From Marsupella aquatica (taxonomy: Eukaryota > Plantae > Marchantiophyta), in NCBI GenBank assembly GCA_973895155.1, contig OZ316892.1, positions 27,986,307 to 28,050,306 of the forward strand: a stretch of DNA of 64,000 nucleotides. Reading direction: 5' to 3'. Under the pieces are notes generated by a model. That model had not been told where the DNA came from. It saw only the letters and a program-made list of their open reading frames with translations, and did not search any database. Below are positions 39,338 to 52,100 of the stretch, one piece after another. The first letter of the stretch is position 1. Every line of letters starts with the position of its first letter. Position numbers and translations under genes: made by a program.

Positions 39338-41753
39338 AATTAGAATAAGGGGGTGTCTGTTTACGCGTGTCGGCGGGTGTCATCCGGGTCGCCATTCAAA
39401 TATCACTTTCGGTCGATTGATCGACAGAAAACGATAGACGTGATTTCCAACGAGAAAATTTATAGCGGTGTGGACCGCACTAGCGTCGGTCTGGACAGAC
39501 GGTGATGTGACACCACACGATTGAACCCCTATAACCTAGGGCAGACTCTCGCCCGTCAGATCTTGACGCTCGAACTGCTCCATCCAAGCACCGTTGGCTC
39601 CTTTCGCCTCCGTGGACTCTGGCGATTCGTCTGCCGGGGACCGTTCCGTCACGGCGGCGGAGGTGACCGACCATGGCACCAGACACGACTATCCCTGTTT
39701 TCTCTTGACAGGAACAGAACCATACCGGTTTTGAGATGTTCCAAACACGAAGATGTTTAGAAAATAGTGCCAAACCGGAACAAAACGGATTGTGAGAAGA
39801 CAGAAACAGACGGCTGTGTGTTTGTGTAGATCGAAATACGAAATGGAATGGCGATAAGTACGAAACGGGAACGTTTCTTCTTGACGTGGCGGGTACGTAG
39901 TACGTGATGAAATTGAAATTCGGAGGAGGGGAGTTTCTTCGAGCACGATGAGTATCAGAGGAGAACGAAGAGAAGCGCCGACGAGAGAAGTAGAAGGTCG
40001 AGACAATTGATTTTCATGTTATGCAGAGTGGAGAGATCGGAAGGAGGAAGAAGAAGATTAGGAACATTTCTGTGCTCGATCCTGAATTGCAGAGGAGGGT
40101 AGATTGGATCTGATTTCGATAGAGAATGTTTGGAGCGCGTCGATGCGTATGCGTATGCGTTTGGGCAGAATTGACATGAACAGCTGAGCTGCGCTCGATC
40201 GCAGTTGTGCTGAACTGTTGTGCATAAGAAGTCGGGAATGCAGATGGGTGCCGTGAATCGAGTCATTTGAGTGTAGGTCTCACTGTCTGTAGGCCTGGCG
40301 GTGTAATTCAAGACCCTTGCCAGCTTGTGAACAGCGGGAGGAGCGGAGAGACAGCAAGGAACGAAACGAGAGAGAAAAAGGAGGCAGCGGTGAATGCGGG
40401 GATTGCCTAACCGAAGGAGGTAAGCGGGAGAGCCGGATTTCAGTTCGTGTGGTCAGGTCCGTCGTAACAGGGGAGGATTTGGAACAAACCCACTGTCATC
40501 CAACAGCGAGGGATTCGAGGGGAATTGTGTGTTTCTGTTGCAGCTGAGTTTGTTTAATAGCGTCAGCTGCGGTCACCTATACTGTGTGTCATTCTCCATA
40601 CTCGTGACAAATGCTGAGATTGCTCACGTTTGGCGACGATTCGAGCTGACTCGAAGTCTAGTCAGGGGAGTCCAAGAGTTCGCGAACAGTATTATGAAGA
40701 ATGTCTCTCTGTAACTGAGTAGCTGAAGGCAATTTCGATAGGGTCTCCTCGGGCTTGCTGCTGTTGTTGTTGTTGTCGAAGAAAATTGAGAACGGATCGA
40801 AGAATCGACTCCTGGCAGAATCTCTGGATGTCAGTCTTCTGAAGTGAGGTGTGGATTCTGTGGTGGTGGCAAGAGGTCGGCTGGATCGCTAACGAATTAG
40901 AGTTGCCAGTAAGGACAACAGATCGGCGGAGAGTGTGTTACTGTAGTGCGTTCCGCACCACCCTCGCGCTTATCTTTTTGCGGATGAGAACGAGAAGACG
41001 GAGACTATCTTCATCATTCTTTAAGGATTGTTGATTAACAACGATCCTCCGATTTCGGTGGGTTCTAGTTCTCTCGCTGGCTTTTGCAAGCAAAGTTACT
41101 TTGCCAGAGAAGTTCTCAGAGAAGTTTAGAGAGCATCTCGAGGAAAATGTCGACGTTCTCGGAGGTCGTTTGGTAGGGGATTGCAGAGATCGGATTTGCA
41201 GTCAGACCGTGCACTTTATTCACATTTTTGAGTCGCCTGACTCTCAAGTAACACTGGCTCTCACGGATTGAATGAATGTGTACGTTCATTACACTGAGTG
41301 CTGGATTGATCGCCTTTACTACCCCTGTATCTGGCTGCTTGTATGCCCGGTTCCTGACTGGTTTTCAGGATCTTCTTCATTCTGAGTCTCGAGTTCGCTT
41401 ACGTCGACTGCTGTAATTTGCGTCCTAGTAGACGTCGAAAACATCTCTCACTACCCTTTTGTCGAGGCGTCTTAAGTGTCACGACTCCACCGCTGTCCTT
41501 CAATTCAACGCTCCCATATGTTCTCGAGGGAGTTGTCTCCATTACTTTGAGTGATGCCAAAGAAGTGGAAAGAATTGATTAGTGGGTAGCAAATAAAGGG
41601 TAAAAAAATTACTTGCTTTTTGTGTTTGGTTAATTACCACGTTTATCTCTCGTGCGACTAGTTATTGAATCGATTTGTTGGTTGATTTTGTAATGTAGAT
41701 CGACTTTGTTTTGATTTGGTACAGCAATTCGTTTGTTCAGATTGCAAAGCGAA

Positions 41754-43771
41754 ATGGTGAACTCCAGCAGCGTGAATGGCGTCGGAGCGGCTACTGCTAC
41801 TGATGTGGAAAAGGGAGAATCTTGGGTGGAGGATTCACAAGAAGGAGAAACTTATCAAACGGAGGAAGGAGGAGATTTGGAGAAAGGAGTGAGAGGAGTA
41901 AGAGGAGCGGCCTCTGGAACGACGGAACCGAATTTGACGGAACCTCTGCTCACACCTGAAGAAGCTGACCATGAAGGGCTCGCAGCAGCCTCAACGCCAC
42001 TAGTTGCCATGGACAAGCTCATTGTTTCGCTGCTTGTTATATGCTTCGTGCTGGTCGAGGCCTACTTTGTCGGCCACAGTTTCCGCAACTGGATCGACAC
42101 AGACGAGCACTTACACGACGACAACGCGATGAACAATACGGTTAGTACTCTTTCGCATTCCATCTCGCTATGTCTCTGATCGATAGTCCTGCAGTATCGA
42201 ACACAGAATGCTCGCTTAAGCAGTGTAGAGAGCCTCCGGCTTCATTTCAGAAACAGAGAGGTTGTGTCATCTCTCTATCCTGAATTGTACTGCACACGTG
42301 TATAACAGAGATGTACAATCGAGCTAATTACCTATGAATTTTTGAGAACGTTTGGACACATCTATATGTGAGTGATTCTCTTCCGTTACTACAAAGTTGC
42401 AAAGCTGAGTCGCATTCATCTTGAAGTTCTATATCTACGACCCCGCTTGGACATTTGCCAGCCGAGAGCTTCGTCCGTGGACTTCACCTCAGCTGTTAAC
42501 ACAGGAACTCGATCAGACTAACACAATAACTCGATCAGACTCGTCTAGTTGCCCCAGACCGTTCAGAATACTTAAAAATCTGCTTATCTGTTCATAGAGT
42601 GGGACGTCACAAGTTCTCTAAATACCAAACGGTATAATTACTGACAGTAGAGACCTTACAATTATGAGTAGTTCTCAGGATAGTGAGTGGTTCACCACTT
42701 GGCAGATAGGTCGAGTACGTCTGTGTTACTAAGTGTACCATTCTCCAGTGATGTACCTTTTATCACTTTTTCGTCTGTCACAACGAGCACTGATTCTCCC
42801 TAGTGGAGACCTCACAATTGTGATCAGTCCTCAGGATAGTGAGTGGTTCACCACTTTGGAGATAGATCGACTGGGTATGTGTTTTGAAGTCTGCTCGTCT
42901 CCATAAATGCACTTTTTATCACTGTTTCGTCTGTCAGAATGAACACTGACTCTCCCTGGAGACCTCACAATTGTGATCAGTCCTCAGGATAGTGAGTGGT
43001 TCACCACTTTGGAGATAGATCGACTGGGTATGTGTTTTGAAGTCTGCTCGTCTCCATAAATGCACTTTTTATCACTGTTTCGTCTGTCAGAATGAACACC
43101 GACTCTCCCTAGTGGAGACCTCACAATTGTGATCAGTTCTCAGGTTACGAGTGGTTCACCACTTGGAGGTATATCAAGTGGGTGTGTGTTGTGAAGAATA
43201 CCCGGTCCAGAAATGCACTTTTTATCACTTTTTCGTCTGACAGAACGAACACTGATACTCCCTAATTATCCGTTTTCCTCGCCAACATCTCTGCGATCAG
43301 CTTTTATCCCGCCTTCACCTGACATGTCGTTTGTGTACCATCAATTAACTAGATTAATATAAATCTAGTTACTTTTTCCAATAGCTTCTTTATGTTCCAA
43401 CATTCGAGCCAACACCTCCCCTCAGTTTCGCTGACACAGTTTCTTTCCGTGATACTGGATTTCAGAAATTCGACTCGATTCCTTTACCGATCGAATTGCT
43501 AGTTGTTCCAAGCGATGGTGGTGGTGGCGGTGTTAAAGAGAGCATCACTCCTGCCGAGCATTTTGACGTCATTTCGGAACCGAGTGTGGATTCTGGAGAT
43601 GCTACAGTGACACAAAGCTCGGAGGAGGAGGTCTCAGCTATGGCGGAAACGTCAACGACGACTCAAGGGACACTGATGGACGACGATTTCAAGGGATACC
43701 ATCACCCGAAGCCATATATTTCGAAGGATGTGTATGATATGAGGAAACACCTTTCATTACCTACTCTCTAA
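41754..43771 (+). CDS. Orphan single-pass membrane protein, at least 2 exons, ~230 aa
   Basis: Exon 41754-42140 (donor ACG|gttagt) joins in frame to 43466-43771 (acceptor ttcag|). It has an acidic N-terminus with LTEPLL, one hydrophobic helix (LIVSLLVICFVLVEAYFVG) and an S/T/E-rich C-terminus. No recognisable domain. Confidence 0.6.
42650..43263. repeat. Intronic ~155-bp tandem repeat x4
   Basis: gagacctcacaattgtgatcagtcctcaggatagtgagtggttcaccactt recurs at ~42650, 42806, 42959 and 43115. Confidence 0.9.
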
Positions 43772-46030
43772 GCCAAATAGGGTCATTTGTGGTGATAGAA
43801 AATTTTGATATCCAAATTATAATTATGTGTAAGGAGGAGCATGAGTAGGGGCATGAGTAGGGAGGGGCATGACAGGCCTGGAGTTCATTATTTGAACTAG
43901 TCCTATGCTTGTGTTCATATATATCACAGCTTGTGTTCATATATATCACACTGCCAAAAACTCCAAACTTGGAGACATGGACAAGAGGCAATAGAACCCA
44001 ATAGAGAGGAAGTGTTGTTGAGCATAAATGAGATGGCCAGAAGGTTGGGCATTGTGGGAAGTCGGTGAAGTATGTGGCTTGGCAATTTATTTCAAGGATT
44101 GTGTGAGTTGTGGGCGAGAGAGTGATGGGTTGGGAGTGGAAACATAGCTCGGCTTGGCAATTGTATTTCAAGGAGTGTGCGAGCTGTGGGGAGAGAGAGA
44201 GATGGGTTGGGAGTGGGGAGAAAGCTCGGAAGAGGTAGTACAAATAATGGAAACTTTGATGATGGCTTGTTTGCCTCCAGGCTTTGATGATGAGGTGTTA
44301 CCTTCCATTCCCTATTCCTTAGATTGAACCCTAGACCTTAACCCACACTGCTGCTTGCAGTTATGAGTATGGGGTTATGGCAGTTCTCATTGTACATACT
44401 TGATAGTCATGTATAATCACATATATGGTGTTTTTTGATGAATTTTTGGTCTCATTGTCATCTGATCTACTGTAGTGTCATAGGGGTCAGTCTATGGCTC
44501 AAAGGGTAGACTCTCAATTTACATACTGGATAACCATGTACAATCCCATATATGGAGTGTTTTCAGGAATTTTTGGTCCTTTAGTTTATGCTTCCCCCCA
44601 AATAGTTTATATTTTATGACAAATTTGCCAAATGGAATTCTAATGTTTCCATTGCCTGGAACTGGATGGGGCAGTTTATTTGGTAATGAATATTACTGAT
44701 ATTGAGACCCCGCTTGTGAGTAAGAATGGGCATGAGGAGTCCGGGTATGGGGAGCCCTTCCTCATACAAAAAAGATTCTTCGGAAAACATATTTTATATT
44801 TTGTGGGAAATTTGCCAAAAAGAATCCCTACTTCTCCATTGCCTAAAAATGAATGGGGCAGTATATTGGGCTAATAAATATTTCTGATATTTAGACTCTC
44901 TTTGTAACGACGTGCATGAGTAGTTTGTATGAGGAGCCCTGGCTTCCCCTGGCTTCCTCCTGTGATCTTGGGCCCGCATTTCTCTTTTGTTGTGATATTA
45001 AACAAGTTTTTTTAATCTTGTTCTAAATTTAGTAGTTATATTCTGCATCGAACATTTATCTCACTGTCTTACGGCCATATTCACTATACCTGAATTCATT
45101 TAAAACAGGCCACTAAGAGTACTGTTACCGGAAAACTTAATCCAAACTCCCTAGACGACTAAGCCAGTCAGATCCTATGTAATGTAATTCAATATACTAT
45201 GCAACCCTGGGCAGAATAAAAAAAACTCTGTATGCAACCCAAGCTGTTACTTTCACGATGTATAGCCAACCAGGCGGTAAAAAAAATTCTCTGTCCAGCC
45301 CAAAGGTTTTATTAGTGGCATAATTTTGCCAAACCATCCTTCCTGAAAACTTTGGTTACTTTAGGTGGAAGTTTGCCAGGTTTTGGTCTTCTAGTAGTCA
45401 GTTTGCCACCTAGCCACAGAACCTGTTAGCCGGGTTATCCTCAAATCTAGGTACATATAACATTCAGAATAATTGAATCTAGCAAAATTAGATAAGGAAC
45501 ATTCTTAGCATCTTGTACTCCACACAAGGTGACATTTGCTGCCCTGGCAAAAAAGAAAAAACACTAAGAAATTACCCTGGTCTGGTCTGTCCAGGGAGGT
45601 TCTCAAAGTCTTAGCAAATGTTGCAGTTTGTAACATCCTTTGAAAATACAGACCTAAAAGATGGGTGCGGAAGTGCAAGCTCCTGCGAGCCAAATGGGCC
45701 CTGAGTTCTTGTAAAGCCAACTGCCGCAGTTTCTGCTCATATTATGGTCTAGATTTTATTTCACAGTCAAGATTTAAGATAAAAAGAACCAATTGGCCCC
45801 ATACTGTAGTTCTTGTAAAGTCAATTACATCAATAATATACACTCATTATCCCATCCAGATTTAATATGAAAGTGAATAAAAAGAACCAAAGTTCCCCCG
45901 AGTTTTTGCAGAAGTGTGAATAAAAAGCACCAAAGTTCCCCCGAGTTTTTGCAGAAGTCTGAAAGTGAGTAAAAAGAACGAATGGGCCCACGACTTTTTG
46001 CAAAGCCAAGTGAGGCAATTTTCACAACTT

Positions 46031-46167
46031 ATATGCTTGATGTAGCCCCAAAATGAAAAGTGTTAGGATGGACCCTGAGTGGTCCAGACCTTAAATCAAG
46101 GTACCCAAAACCTAAGGGGTGCCATCAAATAACACTTTTTCATTTTAAAGGTCTATCAAGCAAATAT
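46031..46167. mobile_element. Short foldback/MITE-like element of a dispersed family
   Basis: Imperfect inverted ends atatgcttgat..aaaatgaaaagtgtta / taacacttttcatttt..atcaagcaaatat. Related copies at ~59243-59372, ~59418-59545 and ~63250-63380. Confidence 0.55.
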
Positions 46168-49100
46168 TCAGCTAGGGAATGAAAAGAACCAATGGGCCCC
46201 CAAAGTATTCTAAAGTCACCTAAGGACAATGACTATGGAGAAGAAAGCTCCCAATTTCTGAGCACAGGGAAGAAGAAGAACCACTGGGCCCCAAAGTATT
46301 CTAAAGTCATCGAAGGACAATGGCTATGGCGAAGAAAGCTCCCGATTTCTGAGCACTGCACTGTGATACCACAGCTTCTCTCCCTCACGCGAGCTCGAAA
46401 ATAGATGATAGAAGTTGTCGTTCTCCACAAAAAAATTGCAATAGTAGGCTTGACGTTCCTCCACAAAATGTTTGCAACGAAGTCACTCTGAAATGGTGCC
46501 CGACATCACTTAGCAACACGGTGACCTGTTTCCAAAGTTCTGTGGCGAAATGTCAAAGCCCATCAGCTTGAATGACACTGGCGTGATGCTCATGATGCTC
46601 CGGCATATCGAATTCTTCGTGCTTTTCTTTCCAAAATCATTCATGAGACTCTCATGATGGTTCGACAACAATTAGATTCAACGATATATTCGTTATCAAC
46701 TTGCGAGGAATTGGAGAGGAGACGGGAGAGGAGGCTCTCATTCTCTCGCAACGGAGGAGGTTCTAGACGCCAATGCGGACAAGAATCAAGTCGTCTGCCA
46801 ATGTATGATTGAGAAGTCTCTGCAGAAAAGTATGGCATATTGGCGTGCCATTTTTCCTTGGCCTGTTGAGTTCTCATGCGGTCTTCATAAGGTCATCTTC
46901 ACTCGAGAGATCCGGTAGAATCTGTGGTGGTCTTAAAAATTTGCCGGATTGACCTTCGGCGAGGCTCCGTTTCGCAGCAGATCTCGGATTATGAATCAAT
47001 CCCGTTTCTCTGACCCCAAAACCACTAACTCTGTCTGCCTTTGTCTGTGATCAAACGTGTTTTGATTCCTCTGAGGTGAGAAAATTCTGCTTTGGTGGGT
47101 ACAGGCCCAACCGGGAAGTTTAGGATAGAGGCGCTGCAGAAGTCAGGTTGCCCGATCATAGAGAAGGTTTTCAAGTTGGAAAATTGTTCAGTAGAGGCTG
47201 GTGGTGGATTTCCCAGATTGGGGTGTGCTTTACAGCCTTTAAGATGAAAGAGACTGAGCAAGGCTGATTATGATGATGGAAGGTCTGAAAATTGGAGCGT
47301 GAATATGCGTTTCTTCCTAAATGAATGAATTTTCCAGACTGAATGTGCTTTATGTTCTTCTTCTATGAATTTGTTCCCTCCTGAATCCTTCTTCAAAATG
47401 ATGGTTTGGGGTACTGAATTGTTCCTTCAAATATGCCTCACATGAAGAAATGACCATAGACCGAGAACTCTTGTTGCTGAATGGGTTCACTGACTGCTCT
47501 CGTCTTAGGTTTTAATATTACGTTATTTGAATTTGAAGTCGAATCGAATTCAGTAGGCACGGTGTTAACATCTCCAGAAGGAGGAACAGTGTCGTTAGTG
47601 GGCCTAGGAATGTCTTTGACCCACACGAGAATAATGCTACTCAATATTTTATCGTTGAAGTTTTCCTATATTGTGCTGCCTTACTATTGTCATACATTTT
47701 GCACTTGGATCCTCGTTCACAATCTTGTATCTGGATCAGATCTCTCTATGCACTAATTCCCTTCAGACTGTCACACAGGGTAGTAGATCCGATAGTCGAT
47801 ATATGATCATTGTCGAGTGTCCATGAACCCACACTGTTCCAGAACAGATGCAAAGAAAGCAGTGGACACTGTTTGGCAATTGCTATGAGGATTACAAAAC
47901 CATTTGATAGAGTACCATAGTACACAATTCATTGGTGGAAAATTCCTCATCCAGTAAACTAAAAATTTGATGGATGCGTCTTAGATGTGACAAATCGGTC
48001 AATTCCTGTAGGGTTCTTCCACTTTGCATTATTTTGCTCTGCAGGTGTGGTGGGGTGAATAGTGGATTTAGATCTAGGCCATTATCCTTTAGTAAAGGAT
48101 CTGGGTTCTATTTTGGTGCTCGGACTAGTACGAAATTTTATTTTTCATATGGGGAGGTGTACTGCTCTCCCACGCACAGTTTCTAGCTGTGGATGATCCC
48201 ACGACCGGGTTGGCTCCTTATGGACAACAGCTTTATTCATTCATTCATTTACTTAGTCACTTCGAATCTCAGGTGCCTCTTGGTTACACAGAGGAATAAA
48301 TAAATTTCGATCACTAGACGTTGTTTTGAAGTAAAAACGATTGCAGCAGAAGTAGCTGTCACATAGAAACATAGATGTTAGAGATTTCTGGTTGATGTTC
48401 ATCTCTAGTGTTGCTTGCCCTTCTAAAGTTTGAACGTCTGTCACAAAATACCCACAAAGGACCTAGTTGTGAAGCGATGGTGCGGTTTGAAGCATCCTGG
48501 ATTCATCATATGGGGGAATTGTGAGTTCTGGTAGAATGTCGCCATTTGAGCATTGTGTTTGAAACTTGTGTGGCCTGTAGAAATCTATCCTGGTCCCTGA
48601 GATTATTGAACTTACGCTCAACTACTTGTTACTCATTATTGTCCATGTCTTTGATGTATCTTCAGTGCTAAATGGGAATGATTGAAAACAGAATGCATAA
48701 GATTTACATGATCTAAACAAGAGAACCTCCAGATCAACATATCCATGGAGGTCTGCTTGTTTGGGCAAATCCCGCTTGTATTTGCGTTATTATTGAGTCC
48801 ATTCTATTCCCTGTGTAAATCATCATTTTCATATCTTGGCTATGAAGCTGATACCACTTGAAGGTGCACGGTTAAGAATCATATTGAAGTACCCAAAACC
48901 CCATCTCCTCATACTCATTAAGAGTTTGACTTGACATCGAAGGCAACTTCAGTGAAAGTTGAACAAATCTGAACTCACAAACTGGCCAAGCTCAGACTGA
49001 GGTTAATGCCACACAGCAAGTTAGTTATGGGGTCCCTTCTCATTTCTTATTATCACGAGTCACCTGCTTGATCATGCTGCCTTCATACTCAACAGCTGTG

Positions 49101-52100
49101 TCGAACCATGGCATTAGAAAATTTCTCAATCCAAAACTGTCAATTGTCATAAGGTTTGGAGTAAAAGCAACCAAGCAGCTCACATGGAAATAAATGTCAC
49201 ACTCAATTATTATAATAATTGGAAGAGAGTGAACTAAAACTGGTGAGACTTGATTGACCTCTCACGTGTGAATAGGTATAGGGTGTTTTCATTGGGTTAG
49301 TAAAATACATTTGAATTTTTGTGGAAAAACATTAGAGGTGGTTTCATCCAGTTTTGAGAATTATAATAATCATATAGTTTTTTAAAACCAATGTAAGAAT
49401 CTTCTAAGCAGTTCTGGGTAAAACAATCCCTTAAAAAACAGTTTTTACTTATGTTTTAGGATGTTTATTCTCACAAAACGTCATGCGTAATATGAGAGCC
49501 CCCCTTGGAATCCAGTCCCTGAGGACTGGTTTACACGGGGGGCTCTTGACTCGCCCAAAGTCATTGTGATTTGTTGAATTGGAATGTGTGTTTTGTGAAT
49601 TCATTTGACATATTGCCAAGGAAAATGGATAAAGTGTCCAGCCTGCAAGTGTGTCAAAGAATTTATACTCAAAGATCAAAATAATCTTATGCATCAATAC
49701 ATCATGAATTTTAGATGAAGTTATATAAAGTGGGACATATACAACCTGAAAATATGTACCAAGGGATGTCCCCATAAGACTAAGTCATGGCTCATATTAA
49801 TTTGCTGATTACAAAGATAAATATCTTGATCTGTACACCTTGTTAAGTAAATTTATTAGCTTTCTTGGCAAAATGATTGACATCAAAGAATGGAAAACTT
49901 GGTAAAAATTGCTGTTAAGGTAAGGCGTAGATAAAAATCAAGGTGAATACTTGCATTGCAACTACCTGTTGTTGCAAATAAATTTCATTTTTGGCTTTGG
50001 AAATCCATTTATAAACATATAAGGGGACAGCCAATAAAATCCATTGTGCTGTTTTTAGACCCTGCAATTATTATATCTCTTCCGACTGAATTCAGGAAAA
50101 CCCCAATAGACACCAAGGTTAATTGTAGAGAATTGGATGCCCGCTTGGATGGACACACTAAAACCATAGTGTAACAAAACATAAGCAAAGATACCCAGAA
50201 AAAATGTGAATGGTGTTGTGGGGGAATCATTTTACCTTTACAGGCATTTTATGAGTCCATCTGAGCACCTTGTCAAACCTTTGTTTATGGAACACAGTAA
50301 TAATAATAGTAATGGGTCACCCAAAAATCCCACGGTAAGGTAACTGGGAATTAATAAGTTTGTAATAATTTTGCATAACTATATACAAAAAATGTAACGG
50401 AGCAAATAGGAAATATGCAGGGGACAATATACACTGCCACAACACAAAGTGCCAAACAGGTCGTGGCATTGTTTATTTTTGGTATCAAGGACCTTTCCTT
50501 GTCCAAATGCATGAGTAAGGCTAAAGGCAACAACCACTCTCCCTTGATTTTTGTGGTCAATCATAACCCTTGCTATTCCTATGTACATTATCCAAACCCT
50601 CCAAACGTACTGGACCTTAAATGTCGAAGGCAAGAGCATCAATGATTCGGTGCTGTACAACAGACAAGATCGTGGAGATGGAAAGCAGCAATCTCCCGAA
50701 GTTCTACACCAGCCGACAGTTTTGTACATCAAGCTTCACTTGGGACTCGAGATTGCCTTGAGATCCATGGGCCTTACGTATGGGGACAAGCTCAAGCTTG
50801 GGATTTGGGATGAATGGGGGACTTATTAGTAGCCATCAGGGCCAAGACATCTGTAATGTTTTGCAGCTGGAACTTGGGACTTGGGGCCCAGTCAAAGGGG
50901 GGACTTATTAACCATATTAAGGGCAAGTGCTGTGTGAGTCTGTTTAACTGATGCAAATTGCTATTATTTGTAAGGAGTTGAAGCGTTACTTGGATCACGC
51001 CAAGGCAAAATGACTGTGGCATGATAGTATTCCAAGTTATGTGCCTAGTTACTTAGCGTTTCTAGCTGCAATTGCTATTATTGGTACGAAAGTGATGCGC
51101 TTCAAATCTCACTGTTTCTATCTCCAATATATTGTTATGGTACACATATTAGGCACGTCAAATGTTTGCCTTTAAGTTGGGCAAATGACTTGAACTTCAG
51201 CCCACTCACTACTATAATTATACGTGAGAGCCAAATGACTTGGAAACCCGAAACATGGGAAAGCTTGATGATTAGTTTTTCATCAAGAGTAACTCTCCAA
51301 TTAAAGATATACTGGAGATTCGTTCCTTCACCAAAGGGAGCAATAAGCATGAGTAGCATTCCCCAGTTTTTGCTCAATGTGATGGAAAGTGAGCTAAATG
51401 GGGACCATCTAGTCCGTAGAGTGGCTCCGGCAATCGCCATGCAGGCCCACGTTAGGCTTCAACTGACTTAAATCTTGAGTCAACTTTGTCACTCATGGTG
51501 GCTTCCACATATTAACCCAAGTCAACAATCTGAGTTGGAATTCAATTGTATTACGTAAAGCATTCAACCATAGTCAACTTTCAACCAAAAAGTATGAGTC
51601 AGATTTCATAAAGTATTTCCAGTATTTGGAGGCGAGTTTCAGCTCAGAAATTCTAAGTACGAAAATTTTTGACTCAGAAATTTTCAGGGAGGAAAGGCAC
51701 AGAGCTTTCCTGCGTAGGATCCGCCATGCATGCAATCTAGCTGTTAGTCGTAAGTAGCCATGGAGACGAGCTCGATAGACTTTTCTGCTAAAGGCTGAGC
51801 TACGTTTTCGGAATTCATCGAGAGCTTGAAATGGATCTCTTCAGAATATTGGACTTGATACCTATACATCTGTTACCGATCCATGATCATTTCTTTAATA
51901 TTCTGGAATCAGTATGGTTCAAAACGAGCTAGGAAAGATGTACTGCAGTACCGCGCACCTCTGGAGTGGAATGGACATATGAAGCAGTAGCAGTTCGTAA
52001 TATTCTGCTATGTCATACTCGTTATCTGAACAGGAGGGCAGCGAAGCTCCCAAGAAAAAAGGCACCTGCTGCACGACCTAAGTAGCACAGAGCGCAATGC

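Noticed and set aside
39480-40311. Minus-strand ORFs in a CpG-rich region
   Set aside because: No consistent exon chain or domain; more likely promoter or UTR sequence.
50550-50910. Possible Copia 3' end with PPT-like aaagggggga
   Set aside because: No convincing RNase H motif and no TG-starting LTR after it.
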